A DNA stretch of 64,000 nucleotides from Candidatus Eiseniibacteriota bacterium (GTDB taxonomy: Bacteria; Eisenbacteria; RBG-16-71-46). The position numbers were made by a program, and so were the translations under genes. Of the stretch, positions 19,401 to 30,000 are shown piece by piece (positions within the stretch are counted from its first letter, which is position 1; every line of letters starts with the position of its first letter). The stretch lies in NCBI GenBank assembly GCA_025360715.1, contig JANYBS010000031.1, positions 1,708-65,707 of the forward strand, read 5' to 3'. The notes under the pieces are model-generated. The model was not told the origin of the DNA and searched no databases. It worked only from the letters and a program-made list of their open reading frames with translations.

Positions 19401-19962
19401 GAAGCACGGGCTCTCTGCCCTCTTCACGAACATCCGCCTGCAACCGCCCGGGCTGTTGTCCGCGGACGCCGCAGGCTCCGTTGACGTGCACGAAGGCCGG
19501 CCGCTGCGCACGTTCGGCTACAACCTGGGCGCGAACTTCAGCAGCAACGGCGCAAAGAAGACGCCGGCTTCGCTGCCCGTGGACCAGACGGCGCGTAAGG
19601 GCGAGATCACTTCGGCCGACGATTTCAAGGAGAACTGGCGCATGTCGCTGGCGTATTCGTACAGCGGCGGCTACGCGGGCCCCAGTTGGAGCGCGCAGAA
19701 GACGGCGAACGCGGTCGTGAGCTACGCGTTCTCGCCCAACTGGCAGTTCGACTACTCCACGTCGTATGACGTCACGCGCAGCCAAGTCGTCTCGCAGCGC
19801 TACAGCCTGACCCGTCACATCCATTGTTGGGAGGCGATCTTCACCCGGTCGTTCACGCCGGGCGGCGAAGCGGAGTACTACTTCCGTCTGGGCATCCGCG
19901 ACCAGCGGGAGGTCTACATCGAGCGCGGCACCCGCGTGCAGAGCTTTGGCGGGATCCAGTAA
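16426..19962 (+). CDS. lptD: LptD/OstA-family LPS-assembly outer-membrane protein (multiple OstA-like N-terminal repeats plus large beta-barrel)
   Basis: GTG overlaps the folC stop. Signal peptide present. Repeated OstA-like beta-jellyroll segments (LNGDIRVTRGKTLLTADAGRY..., LDGNVVIVDKTATLRAPTGWY...). Long Tyr/Phe/Asn-rich C-terminal region typical of a barrel. Confidence 0.65.
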   Translation: MSRLRAISCVALRAAAWAALLCATFMLAPGIRSANAAAEEPPFHITANNMTGGREPSGDVLYLNGDIRVTRGKTLLTADAGRYLRATGMIDLNGHVKLVDSTTTVTCEHAQFSENDDRLNLDGNVVIVDKTATLRAPTGWYDRKNGLAHLSGGVTGSEKLQRLSADEVTYLRDSLLVQARGRVKGFDDENKVELSARSVDFYRKTKIAVATGDPEMRSKDTDGQTSILRARLLRVDSDAKTAEAIDSVTVERDTLRARADRAFFDDRQGRGLMLGSPRAYDNETSVSGDTLELLSDNHKLRKVVVHSNATMDYLGRRETNSGETSRLSGARIEAYVVEDRIDSLRATGAARNGYSSPSKAGKTNETNQASGDTILVYFKDKKIDRARVIGTASGEYRPSVAKDDTTAVINEVVRYDGKKIDFVVPKNTIVLDGDAHLTYREMELTAKRVEFDSDKQTLVATGKPQLQDRGDKVDGHLMSYDMQTRTGTIYQAQTAYEKGLYRGQRIRKAGDNELDVLGGSYSTCDLDEPHYHFSARWMKIYLKDKLVAKPVVFYLRNVPIFALPFYVFPIKPGRHSGFLFPQFELGFNNKSGQFLRNAGYYWAPNDYFDLTGAADYYQAAPSYAIRGEGNYKLLYRFDGHFEGRFEHNDATGRDDYVFDGTHQQDVTPRTRLTAQGNFVSSRDYNNSAFSGATLEQRLNRFLRSNISISHSADWAAFNAVIDRNQDLDADQSIVYSSANGASTAPAIGQRASLANLSVSSPNLSVSFPTRTLGSYAFLKDRPLGKALQTTYFSLNTQFLSQSTRQAFVKNYLVTNGGLDSSTVLDQQVLTRRGFRTNVSISDSRRAFGWLNIAPGVNATGVVFDFDEQGRKVVPAAVWSSQLSMSSTFYGTFKPPIPKLVGLRHVIAPALSFSYSPDFSGLQYTDTAGVRRNRFNGFGGISISGFKSANMNFSLDQRFQVKLKDHDQVTRLDNLLSMTTSGSYNFLYQEAHQKHGLSALFTNIRLQPPGLLSADAAGSVDVHEGRPLRTFGYNLGANFSSNGAKKTPASLPVDQTARKGEITSADDFKENWRMSLAYSYSGGYAGPSWSAQKTANAVVSYAFSPNWQFDYSTSYDVTRSQVVSQRYSLTRHIHCWEAIFTRSFTPGGEAEYYFRLGIRDQREVYIERGTRVQSFGGIQ

Positions 19963-19964
19963 CC

Positions 19965-21188
19965 GTGCCCGTCACACGACTGCACCTGGCGTGCGATCAC
20001 TGCGATGCCGCCGCGTGGCTGGGACCGCGCGCGGACCGCGGCGCCGTCCGCACCAAGGCCGCGGCAGCCAGCGTCGACGCTTGGTGCGAGGCCTGTCAGC
20101 TCGCGCAAGCGGCGCCGGGCGCCGGCGCGCCGTGCACGCGCTGCGGCACGCCGCTCACGGCCGGCGCGCCGCGCTTCGCCGAGCTATGGGGCGCGCTGCA
20201 GGAATGTGATGCCGTGCTGGCAGCGTGGACCGGTGACCCGCAGCCGCTGCGCACGCTGTTGCCCGAGCGCCCGCGATTCCTGACGGACCTCGCGCCACCG
20301 GCGATCGATGCCGCGGAGCCGGTCACCGAGCTGGTCGCGCGCGGCGACTATGCTGGCGCACTCGCCGCTGCCAAGCCGGCGACCGCGCAGGGCTGGGCCG
20401 CGCGCGCGATCGCGCACGAGCGCCGCGGTGATGCGGCGGCGGCGACCGCCGACTGGTCGCGCGTGCTCGAGGCGCACGACGCGGCATCGCTGCATGCGCG
20501 CGCGCGACTGGCGCGCGGCAGCCTGCATGCGCGCGCCGGCGAGTGGGATGCCGCGGAGGCCGACCTGGCGCTCGCGGGCGAGGGCTTTGAAGCGCGCTGG
20601 GATCGCGCGGCGGTGCGCGTGCATCGCGCGGTCGAGATCACACCGGGCCTGCCCGACGCTGCGCTCATCACGCGCGCGCAGACACAAGTCCCCGAGGTCA
20701 CGCCATACTGGAGCGACCCGACCATCGCGCGGCTCTTGTGGACGCTGCTCGTGGAGCGCTCACTCGAGCGCCAAGGGCCCATGCGCTCGGATTGTCCCGA
20801 CGTGCGCGTGCTGCGCGCGGCCGAGAGCTTCTTCGAGTTCGACTCGTTCTGGGACCGCGCGATGATGCTGCTGGGCTGGACGCGCGTGAATGTGATGCGC
20901 GAAGTAGCGCGCCATGCTTCGCTGCTCGCCGAGGCGCACCTGCACGCGCTCACGCTGGAGCCGCCGGTACGCGGGCAGGCGCTGGCGCCGCTTGCCGCAG
21001 CGATCGAGGCCGCGCGGCGCGCCGTGCACCTGCGCGAGCCGGCCGCGGCCCGCGCGGCGCTCGCGCCCATGCTCGAGCGCGCCGACCTGCGCCATTACCG
21101 GCTGCCCTGCGCGGTCTGCGGTGTGGGCAGCGTGGGCGTGGATGCGGTCGACGAAGCAGGCGGCGAAGAGGATGAGACGGCGCTCTGA
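19965..21188 (+). CDS. Hypothetical protein with N-terminal Cys-pair cluster (zinc-ribbon-like) and Ala/Arg-rich helical repeats
   Basis: GTG 2 nt after the lptD stop. CDHC...CEAC...CTRC. Composition is more protein-like than the overlapping antisense ORF 20348..21070. Confidence 0.45.
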   Translation: MPVTRLHLACDHCDAAAWLGPRADRGAVRTKAAAASVDAWCEACQLAQAAPGAGAPCTRCGTPLTAGAPRFAELWGALQECDAVLAAWTGDPQPLRTLLPERPRFLTDLAPPAIDAAEPVTELVARGDYAGALAAAKPATAQGWAARAIAHERRGDAAAATADWSRVLEAHDAASLHARARLARGSLHARAGEWDAAEADLALAGEGFEARWDRAAVRVHRAVEITPGLPDAALITRAQTQVPEVTPYWSDPTIARLLWTLLVERSLERQGPMRSDCPDVRVLRAAESFFEFDSFWDRAMMLLGWTRVNVMREVARHASLLAEAHLHALTLEPPVRGQALAPLAAAIEAARRAVHLREPAAARAALAPMLERADLRHYRLPCAVCGVGSVGVDAVDEAGGEEDETAL

Positions 21189-21219
21189 GCCGCGAGGGGC
21201 CAGCCCGGTGAGCGTCCGA

Positions 21220-21234
21220 TAGACCGCTGGTCTA
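21220..21234. promoter_or_regulatory. Perfect 6-3-6 palindrome TAGACC-GCT-GGTCTA, 11 nt upstream of copA ATG, overlapping a TACACT hexamer. Candidate metalloregulator operator.
   Basis: Read directly from sequence, anchored to the copA ATG at 21246. Confidence 0.35.
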
Positions 21235-21245
21235 CACTCGCACTC

Positions 21246-23600
21246 ATGACCTTGATCCCGATCCAGAGCTTGCGCCGCGAGAGCGCGCTGCCGCCGCCGG
21301 TCGTCGAGTCCGTGCGTCTGCGCATCTCGGGCATGCACTGCGCGTCGTGCGTGAGCCGCGTCGAAGGCGCGCTCGCCTCGGTGCCCGGTGTGGCGCAAGC
21401 GCGCGTGAACCTAGCGACCATGCGCGCCGAGGTCGACTTAGGAACCCCTCTGGATGCGGGCGTGCTCGCCGCTGCGGTGCGCGAGGCGGGCTATGACGCG
21501 CATGTGGTCACCGCGCTTGTGGCCGATGACGCCGAGCAGCGCGAGCGCGCAGTCGAGCTTGCCGTGGTGCGCAAACGCTTCCTGCTGGCGCTCGCGTTCG
21601 GCGCGCCGGTGGTGGTGATCGCGCATCTCTCGTTGCTGCCGCTGCCTGCGGCTGCGGCAGCGCTCGTGGGCGGCACTGCGGCCGCATGGGCGCAGTGGCT
21701 GCTGGCGACGCCCGTGCAATTCATCGCGGGCCTGCCGTTCCTACGCGGCACGTGGCGCGGCATCACCAAGCGCGCGCCGGACATGGACATGCTGGTGGGC
21801 ATCGGCACCCTCGCGGCTTACGCGTATTCGGTATTCGCGCTCTTCGAGCCGTCCGCGCCGACGAGCGGCGCTGCGATGGGTGTGGGCCACGGCGCGGGGC
21901 CGGCGCTGTACTTTGATACGTCGGTCACGATCGTGTCGCTCATCCTGCTTGGCCGCCTGCTCGAGGCGGGTGCCAAATCGCGCGCGTCGCAGGCCATGCG
22001 CAAGTTGCTCGAGCTGCGCCCCAAGACGGCGCACCGCCTGCGCGCCGCAGGCGACGCACAAGGCGAGGACGTGACGCTCGACTTGGTACAGGTGGGCGAC
22101 CTGCTGCGGGTGCGCCCCGGTGAGCGCGTGCCGGTCGATGGCATTGTCATGGAGGGGCGCTCGACCGTCGACGCGTCGTTGGTCACCGGTGAGTCGCTGC
22201 CGGTCGAGGTTTCGCCCGGTGCGCGCGTGACCGGGGCGACGTTCAACCAGACCGGCGCGTTCACGCTGCGCGCGGAACACGTGGGCGCAGACAGCCAGTT
22301 GATGCGCATCGTCGCCATGGTCGAGCGCGCGCAGAGTACAAAGGCCTCGGTGCAGTCGCTGGCGGACCGGATCGCGGCGGTATTCGTGCCCGCGGTGCTC
22401 GTGGTCGCGGCGGTCACGGCCGCGTCGTGGCTGTTCGCCGGCGCGGGCATGACCACGGCGCTCATGCGCATGGTCGCCGTGCTCATCGTTGCGTGTCCGT
22501 GCGCGCTGGGCCTGGCCACGCCCACAGCGTTGATCGTGGCCACGGGCCGCGGCGCTGAACTGGGGTTGATCGTGCGCGATGCGCGCGCGCTCGAGGCGGC
22601 CGCGCGCGTGCGCACGGTCGTGTTCGACAAGACGGGCACGCTCACGCTGGGCGCGCTGCAGGTGGTGGCCGTGGTCGCTGCGCCGGGGCAGAGCGAAGAA
22701 GCCGTGCTGCTCGCAGCCGCGACCACCGAAGCGCGCAGCGAGCATCCGATCGCTCGCGCCATCATTCGTGCCGCCCGTGAGCGAGGCCAGCAGCCGCAGG
22801 CCGTGGAAGACTTCGGCGCCGCGCCGGGACGTGGCGTGTGGGCGCTGCGCGAGGGCCGCGTGATCGTGGCCGGGCGCGATGACCTGCTGGCCGAGTATGG
22901 CGCGGACGCCGCGCCGATCGCGGCGGACCGCGCGCGGCTCGAAGCGCAGGGGCGCACGGTACTCGCCGTCGCCGAGGGCGGCACGCTGCTCGGGTTGCTC
23001 GCGCTCGCGGACACCGCTCGCGCCGATGCCGCCGCCGCCGTGCGCGCCCTGCGCGCGCAGGGCTGCCGCGTGCACATGCTCACGGGCGACCGGCCGGCGA
23101 GCGCGTCGGCACTCGCGCTCGAGGTGGGAATCGAGCCGGCCAACGTGATCGCCGGCGTGCTGCCGTCCGAGAAGGCGGCGCGCATCGCGGCGCTTCGTGC
23201 GGCGGCACCGGTGGCGATGGTCGGCGATGGCATCAACGACGCGCCCGCGCTCGCGTCCGCCGATGTGGGCTTCGCGATGGCCTCTGGAACGGACATCGCC
23301 ATGGAGGCGAGTGGCTTCACGCTCGTGCGCGGCGATCTCCTGAGCGTGGTCGATGCTGTGCGGCTCTCTCGCCGCACTATGCAGGTGATCCGCCAGAATC
23401 TCTTTCTTGCCTTCGCTTACAACGTGATACTGATCCCCGTGGCGGCCGGCGTGCTGGCGCCGTTGCTCGCACCCGGCGGTGCGGTGGGCCCGGTCCTGGG
23501 CTGGCAAGGCACGTTGCATCCCATGCTGGCCTCGCTCGCCATGGCGCTCTCGAGCGTGTCGGTGGTCAGCAGTTCGGTGCGTTTGCGGGGGTTCCGCTAG
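21246..23600 (+). CDS. copA: Cu(I)/Ag(I)-exporting P1B-type ATPase
   Basis: HMA domain GMHCASC, TM CPC motif [29 protein letters not shown]. Confidence 0.92.
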   Translation: MTLIPIQSLRRESALPPPVVESVRLRISGMHCASCVSRVEGALASVPGVAQARVNLATMRAEVDLGTPLDAGVLAAAVREAGYDAHVVTALVADDAEQRERAVELAVVRKRFLLALAFGAPVVVIAHLSLLPLPAAAAALVGGTAAAWAQWLLATPVQFIAGLPFLRGTWRGITKRAPDMDMLVGIGTLAAYAYSVFALFEPSAPTSGAAMGVGHGAGPALYFDTSVTIVSLILLGRLLEAGAKSRASQAMRKLLELRPKTAHRLRAAGDAQGEDVTLDLVQVGDLLRVRPGERVPVDGIVMEGRSTVDASLVTGESLPVEVSPGARVTGATFNQTGAFTLRAEHVGADSQLMRIVAMVERAQSTKASVQSLADRIAAVFVPAVLVVAAVTAASWLFAGAGMTTALMRMVAVLIVACPCALGLATPTALIVATGRGAELGLIVRDARALEAAARVRTVVFDKTGTLTLGALQVVAVVAAPGQSEEAVLLAAATTEARSEHPIARAIIRAARERGQQPQAVEDFGAAPGRGVWALREGRVIVAGRDDLLAEYGADAAPIAADRARLEAQGRTVLAVAEGGTLLGLLALADTARADAAAAVRALRAQGCRVHMLTGDRPASASALALEVGIEPANVIAGVLPSEKAARIAALRAAAPVAMVGDGINDAPALASADVGFAMASGTDIAMEASGFTLVRGDLLSVVDAVRLSRRTMQVIRQNLFLAFAYNVILIPVAAGVLAPLLAPGGAVGPVLGWQGTLHPMLASLAMALSSVSVVSSSVRLRGFR

Positions 23601-23741
23601 AAGACACCCTGTCAGGGGCTTGTGATTCCTCGCGCTGCAGGCCGTCACGAGGATGACGCCGCAACGTATCTGTGCCGATAATGGTGACGCGGGGCGGTAT
23701 GCGCCCGAGTGGTGACCCGATACTTTATGGAGGTCCTCACG

Positions 23742-24149
23742 ATGTTTCGTCGTTCGGCTGCGTTGATGCGCCTGTTCGCGCTCGTGTTCGCGGTGGTGCT
23801 GCCCCTGTCGGCGGCCCATTGCCTGTTCATGGGTGCGCCCGCGCATGGCGCTACCAAGGCGATGCATCCGTGCTGCGAGAAGGCCGCAGCGCGCGCGAGC
23901 GCTGCGCACGCGAAGCACGCGCCGCTGGGCGAGCCGAAGTCCTGCTGCACGCAGCTGCCCTCCGGCGTGAACGCCGGCGTGGTCACGCTCGATGCGCCCC
24001 ATGCGAGCATCGCGACGCTCGTGCAGTTCACGGTGCTACTGGCGCCGGCGCCCGTGATGCTGCCGCGCGCCGAAGAAGGCTCCGATGACCCGCCGGGTGC
24101 GCCGCCGCATGCTGCGCATCTGTTGCGAGGTCCGCCCGCACAGGCCTGA
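23742..24149 (+). CDS. Small exported Cys/His-rich protein of unknown function in the copper-resistance cluster
   Basis: GGAGG then ATG at Met 12 of the track ORF. Signal/TM MFRRSAALMRLFALVFAVVLPLSAAHC. Motifs HPCCEKAA...HAKHAPLGEPKSCCTQLP. Confidence 0.5.
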   Translation: MFRRSAALMRLFALVFAVVLPLSAAHCLFMGAPAHGATKAMHPCCEKAAARASAAHAKHAPLGEPKSCCTQLPSGVNAGVVTLDAPHASIATLVQFTVLLAPAPVMLPRAEEGSDDPPGAPPHAAHLLRGPPAQA

Positions 24150-24251
24150 GACGCGCGCGCTGTTGGAGCGCCGTCTGTTGCCGCCGTCTGGGAATCGCGC
24201 GCCGCCGCATGCGCGCTTGAACGCACCTGCGATCCCTGTGTGGGAGAAGTC

Positions 24252-25583
24252 ATGAGTGGCCTTGGAATCGCGCGCGCGCTGCTGTGCCGCTGCGCGTTGT
24301 TGCTGATGGTCGTGGCCGCCGGGCCGGCGCGCGCCGCCGATGCGCCGCACGCGCTGGACCTGACCACGGTGCTGGCCCAGGTCGCCGCGAGCTCTCCCAT
24401 GCTGGCCGCCAGCGGCGCCATGAGCGATGCCGCGCGCGATCGCATCGCGCCCGCCGGCGCGTGGAGCGCGCCCATGCTGGAGGCCGGTGTGGTGAACGTG
24501 CCCACCACGGGGCGCTTCGACGCCGACATGATGACCATGAAGATGGTGGGCGTCGAACAAAAGGTGCCGATCTCGGGCGCGAACGCGCGTTCGCGCGCCG
24601 CCGCCACGTATGCGTATGAGGCTGCGCGCTGGAACGCGCAGCGCGACCGCATGAATGTGTTCAGCGACACGTGGCAGGCCTACGCCGACGCGTACCTGGC
24701 CGGGCTTGCTGCCGACGCCGCCGATGCCCACGACGCGGTGATGGCGCGCATGGAGGACGCCGCGCGCGCCAAGTTGGCATCGGGCCGCGGGCGCATCGGC
24801 GAGGTGCTCACCGCGCAGGCGGAGCGCGCGCGGCTGAGCGCCGACGGCGAACGCGCGCGCGCGGAGCAGCGCACGGCGCTGGCGAAGCTCGCAGCGCTGC
24901 GCGGACGCGATACGGTGGTGGCGGGCGAGACGCTCGCGCCGCCGCCCGAGTGGCTCGCGAGCGACACCACGCGCGCGTGGGACGCCGCGTACGGCGCGGC
25001 CCACCCGGCGCTGCGCGCGATGGCCGCCGGCGTGGCGCGCGATCGTGCAAGTGCCGACGCCATGCGGCGCATGCGCTGGGGCGATCTGGACGTGAAGGCA
25101 AGCTATGGCAAGCGCGAGACGCTCCAGGGCGGCATGACGCAGGACGACATGTTCAGCGCCAGTGTGGGAGTGATGCTGCCCGTGGGCTTTGGCGGCCGCG
25201 AGGGCGCACAGGCGCGCGCGATGGACGACATGGCGCGCGCAGGCGAGTCCGAGCGCCGCGCGCTGGCGCTCGATCTGCGCCAGCAGTTGATCGCCGCGCG
25301 CAACGATGCGCGCGTGAATGAGCGCCGCGTGCGCGTGCTGAGCGACACCGTGCTGGTGCTGCAGCAGCGCGCGCTGGATGCCGACTGGGGCGCGTACGCC
25401 TCGGGCAGCCTTGACCTGGCGCGCGTGCTCGACACGGCACATGCGGCCTACACGACACAGATCGAGATCCTCCGCGCCCGGCAGGACCTGGCGCACGCGC
25501 TCGCGCGCGTGCTGGCGCTTTCGGCCGACGGTTCACTGGTTGGCGTCACGCTTCCGCAGGAAGCACCAAGGAGCACACGATGA
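24252..25583 (+). CDS. TolC/CusC-family outer-membrane efflux protein
   Basis: Signal peptide; long Ala/Arg-rich helical repeats typical of outer-membrane factors. First component of a CBA operon. Confidence 0.78.
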   Translation: MSGLGIARALLCRCALLLMVVAAGPARAADAPHALDLTTVLAQVAASSPMLAASGAMSDAARDRIAPAGAWSAPMLEAGVVNVPTTGRFDADMMTMKMVGVEQKVPISGANARSRAAATYAYEAARWNAQRDRMNVFSDTWQAYADAYLAGLAADAADAHDAVMARMEDAARAKLASGRGRIGEVLTAQAERARLSADGERARAEQRTALAKLAALRGRDTVVAGETLAPPPEWLASDTTRAWDAAYGAAHPALRAMAAGVARDRASADAMRRMRWGDLDVKASYGKRETLQGGMTQDDMFSASVGVMLPVGFGGREGAQARAMDDMARAGESERRALALDLRQQLIAARNDARVNERRVRVLSDTVLVLQQRALDADWGAYASGSLDLARVLDTAHAAYTTQIEILRARQDLAHALARVLALSADGSLVGVTLPQEAPRSTR

Positions 25584-27034
25584 GTATGCCCGAGAAGGCT
25601 GTAGCGCCCGCGGGCGCTGCGTTCATGAACGTGGTGCGGTGGGCGCTGTTCGTGGGTCTGTTGCTGCTCGCCGGTGCGAGCTTGGGCCGCGTGTTCGCGC
25701 CCGGTGGTGGCGGCGCGCTGGCGCTGGGCTCGAGCAACCGCGCGGCCACCGATCATGGCAAGCCGGCGCCGCTTTATCACTGCCCCATGCATCCGAATTA
25801 TACGTCCGATCGCCCGGGCGAATGCCCGATCTGCGGCATGACGCTGGTCCGCATCGACGGCGGCGAGCACGACTCGCATGGAATCGGCTCGCACGGAATC
25901 GGCTCGCGTGACATCTCAAACGTGACCGGGCTCGTGCCCGTGCAGCTGAGCAGCGAACGCATCCAGCGCATCGGCGTGCGCACGGCGGTCGCCACCCGCT
26001 CCGCTCTGACACGCAGCGCCTCGCTCACGGGTTTCGTGACGCCCGATGAGAGCCGCATCACACGGCTCCAAGTTCGCCTCAGCGGCTGGGTGCGCAGCCT
26101 GGACGTGAACGCGGTCGGCCAGGCGGTGCGCCAGGGCCAGAGCCTGCTCACGCTCGAGAGCCCGGACCTGTTCCAAGCCGAGCAGGAGTACTTGATCGAA
26201 CTCAGCGCGGCCGAGAACCAGAGCACGGCGGCACACCTTCGCGGCGACAGCGCAATGGTCGGCATGAGCGGCGCAGGCAGCAGCATGTCGCACGAAGCGC
26301 CGGGCCGGGCCGCAGCGCGCCAGCGGCTCAAGTTGCTGGGCGTGCCCGACGACGAGGTGCGACGCCTGGAGCGAGAGCGCGTGGCGTCGTCGCGGCTCAC
26401 GTTCCGCTGTCCTGTCAATGGCGTCGTGCTCGAGCGCGGGGTGCTGAACGGCCAGGCGATCTCGCCCGACACGCCGCTGTTCGCGATCGCGGACCTCTCG
26501 CGCGTGTGGGTGCAGGCGGACCTGTTCGTGCAGGACCTGGGCGCCGTGCATGTGGGTGACCGGGTGCACTTCACAGCCGACGGTCCGGGCGGCGCACAGG
26601 CCAACGGCACCATCGAGTTCCTCACGCCCACGGTCTCGACCGAGACGCGCACGGTGCAGGCGCGGATCGCGCTCGCGAACCCGCAGGGCCGCCTGCGCCC
26701 GGGCATGTTCGGCCGCGTGAGTGTGGCGGGCAGCATGGCGAGCAGCATGGCAGGCAGCGGCGGCGCGGCGCTCACCGTGCCGAGCGAAGCCGTGGTCCAT
26801 ACGGGCGAAGAGGACTATGTGTTCCTGGCGCATGCCGGCGGCATCTTCGAGCCGCGGCGCGTCATTGCCGGCGCGGAGGATGGCGACCGGATCGCGATCG
26901 TCTCCGGCATCGCCGCGGGCGACACAGTGGTGGCGAGCGCGTCGTTCCTGATCGATTCCGAGAGCCGCCTCAAGGCGGCGATCGCCGGACTCGGCGCGCA
27001 GCCGGCCGCACACCAGCGCGGGTCTACCCGATGA
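25580..27034 (+). CDS. RND efflux membrane-fusion protein (CusB-like) with N-terminal heavy-metal-binding domain
   Basis: ATGA overlap with the upstream stop. HMBD motif YHCPMHPNYTSDRPGECPICGM. His-rich HDSHGIGSHGIGS. Beta-barrel/lipoyl MFP core. Confidence 0.85.
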   Translation: MSMPEKAVAPAGAAFMNVVRWALFVGLLLLAGASLGRVFAPGGGGALALGSSNRAATDHGKPAPLYHCPMHPNYTSDRPGECPICGMTLVRIDGGEHDSHGIGSHGIGSRDISNVTGLVPVQLSSERIQRIGVRTAVATRSALTRSASLTGFVTPDESRITRLQVRLSGWVRSLDVNAVGQAVRQGQSLLTLESPDLFQAEQEYLIELSAAENQSTAAHLRGDSAMVGMSGAGSSMSHEAPGRAAARQRLKLLGVPDDEVRRLERERVASSRLTFRCPVNGVVLERGVLNGQAISPDTPLFAIADLSRVWVQADLFVQDLGAVHVGDRVHFTADGPGGAQANGTIEFLTPTVSTETRTVQARIALANPQGRLRPGMFGRVSVAGSMASSMAGSGGAALTVPSEAVVHTGEEDYVFLAHAGGIFEPRRVIAGAEDGDRIAIVSGIAAGDTVVASASFLIDSESRLKAAIAGLGAQPAAHQRGSTR

Positions 27035-30000
27035 TGATCCCGCGCCTGATCGCCTTCTGCGCGACACGCCGCACGCTCGTGTTCGTGATCACGATACTCG
27101 CGTTCATCGGCGGGCTCGTGGCCATGCGCGCGGTGCCGCTCGATGCGCTGCCCGACCTGAGCGACCCGCAGGTGATCGTATTCACTGACTGGATGGGCCG
27201 CAGCCCCGACCTGGTCGAGGACCAGGTCACCTATCCGATCGTGAGTTCGCTGCTGGGTGCTCCCAAAGTGGTGGCGGTGCGCGGCCAGTCGATGTTCGGG
27301 ATGAGCTTCATCTACGTGATCTTTCAAGAAGGCACGGATCTCTACTGGGCGCGCAGCCGCGTGCTCGAGTACCTGAGCACGATCCGCTCACGGCTGCCTG
27401 AAGGCGTCACGCCCACACTGGGCCCCGATGCGAGCGCCGTGGGCTGGGTATTCCAATACGCGCTGGTCGACAAGAGTGGCAAGCATGACCTGGCCGAACT
27501 GCGCGCGTTCCAGGACTTCCACCTTCGCTATGCGCTCAGCAGCGTGCCCGGCGTGGCCGAGGTGGCGAGCGTGGGTGGCTATGAGCGCCAGTACCAGGTC
27601 GAGGTCGATCCCGCGCACCTGCATGCGTATGGGCTGTCGGTGGGCGATGTGACCAGCGCCATCCGCCGCAGCAATCGCGAAGTCGGCGGGCGCGTGATCG
27701 AGATGTCGGGGCGCGAGTACTTCGTGCGCGGACGCGGCTATATAAAAAGCCTCGACGACCTGCGATCGGTGGCGGTGGGCGCGGACACGCGCACGGGCAC
27801 GCCGGTGCGCGTGGGCGACATCGGCCGCGTGAGCTTCGGCCCCGACATCCGCCGCGGCGTCGCGGAACTGGATGGCGAGGGCGAGGCCGTGGGCGGCACC
27901 ATCGTGATGCGCTCGGGTGAGAACGCGCTCACGGTGATCCACCGCGTCAAGGCGAAGCTGGCCGAGCTCAAGGCCAGCCTGCCGCCGGGCGTGGAGCTGC
28001 AAGTGGTCTACGACCGCAGCTCGCTCATCGAGCGCGCCGTTCACACGCTGCGCCACACGCTTGTGGAAGAAGCGATCGTGGTGAGCCTGATCATCTTCCT
28101 GTTCCTGCTGCATTTCCGCAGCACCTTGGTGCCGGTGCTCACGCTGCCGATCGCGATCGCGCTGGCGTTCATCCCCATGAAGCTGCTGGGTATTCATTCC
28201 AATATCATGAGCCTGGGCGGGCTCGCGATCGCCATCGGCGCCATGGTCGACGCCGCCATCGTGCTGGTGGAAAACGCGCATAAACACCTGGAGACCGCGC
28301 CACCGGGCGCCGACCGCACGCAGGTGCTGATCGCTGCGGCGCAGGAGGTGGGCCCGGCGATCTTCTTCTCGCTGCTCATCATCACCGTGGCGTTCCTGCC
28401 CATCTTCGGATTGGAGGGCCAGGGCGGGAGGTTGTTCAAGCCGCTCGCGTACACCAAGACGTTCGCCATGGCGTTCGCTGCGCTGCTGTCGGTCACGCTC
28501 GCGCCGGCGCTGATGGTGGTGTTCCTCAAAGGCCGCGTGCGGCACGAGAGCGAGCATCCGGTCTCGCGCGCGCTCATGGCCGCCTACCGGCCGTTCGCGT
28601 GGGTGGCGCTGCACAACCCGCGCATGACCATTGCCATCGGCCTGGCAGCGCTGCTGTCGGCGGTGCCCATGGCCATGCACCTGGGCCACGAGTTCATGCC
28701 GCCGCTCAATGAAGGCGATTTGTTGTACATGCCCACCACGTTCCCGAACATCAGCATCGAGGAAGCGAAAAAATACCTGCAGGTGCAGGACCGCATCCTG
28801 GCCAGCTTCCCCGAGGTCGAGCGTGTGTTCGGCAAGGCGGGGCGTTCCAGTACGCCGACCGATCCCGCGCCGCTGTCGATGGTCGAGACCGTGGTCAAGC
28901 TGCGCCCGCGCGAGCAGTGGCGCGATATCGGCGTGCGCCGTTGGTACAGCGCGTGGGCGCCGGGGTGGCTCAAGCCGGCCTTGCAGCCGCTATGGCCCGA
29001 TCACCGCCGCATCTCGTGGGACGAACTCGTGGCCGAACTCGACCGCCAGGTGAGCCTGCCCGGCTGGACGAATGCGTGGACGATGCCGATCAAGACGCGC
29101 ATCGACATGCTTTCCACCGGCGTGCGCACGCCGATCGGTATCAAGGTCTTTGGCGCCGACCTGGATTCGATTGAGCGCATCGGCATGGACCTGGAGCGCA
29201 TCGTTTCGAAAGTCCCGCACACGCGCAGTGTGTACTCCGACCGTAGCACGGGCGGTTTCTACGTGGACATCGTGCCCGACCGCGCCGCGCTCGCGCGCTA
29301 TGGCCTTACGCTGGGCGAGGTGCAGGACGTGGTCGAAGCCGCGATCGGCGGGCAGCCGATCGAGACGACCGTGGAGGGTCGGCAGCGGTTCACGATCAGC
29401 GTGCGATATCCGGCGGACATGCGGCAGGACATCGGCCGGCTCAAGCAGGTGCTCGTGCCGCTGCATGGCAAGAGCGGCGGGCCGAGCGGTTCGGGCGCCG
29501 GCGATGGCATGAGCAACAACGCCGCCGCGCCGCCGCAGGTGTTGCTGGCCAGCGCGGGGCTGCTCGATATGGGCGAGAGTGCCGGTGACGACGGCATGGG
29601 CGGCGGTATGAGCGGCGGCGGCAGCGCGCCGCGCGCGCCCACGAGCGCGCCGGGCATGCGGAGCGCCGCCGCGCCGGCGCCGCGCGGCATCGCAGGCGCC
29701 GCGGCCGATCCCGGCGCCGCGAGCTTCGGCAGCGCGTTCGGCGCCACGGGCGCGCACGTTCCATTGGGCCAGATCGCCGACATCCGCATCACCAGCGGCC
29801 CGCCCATGATCCGCGATGAGGCCGGCCTGCTCACGGGCTACGTGTACGTGGACATGGACGAGCGCGGCCAGGACATCGGTGGCTATGTGGACCAGGCCAA
29901 GCGCGCGGTGGAGAAGCAGCTCAAGCTGCCGCCCGGCTACTTGCTCAAGTGGACCGGGCAATACGAATTGCTCGAGTCCATGCAGCAGCGCATGCGCGTG

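Noticed and set aside
23601-23640. Hairpin CCCTG-t-CAGGG after the copA stop as an intrinsic terminator
   Set aside because: The stem is only 4-5 bp with a 1-3-nt loop and no real U-tract. Too weak to call.
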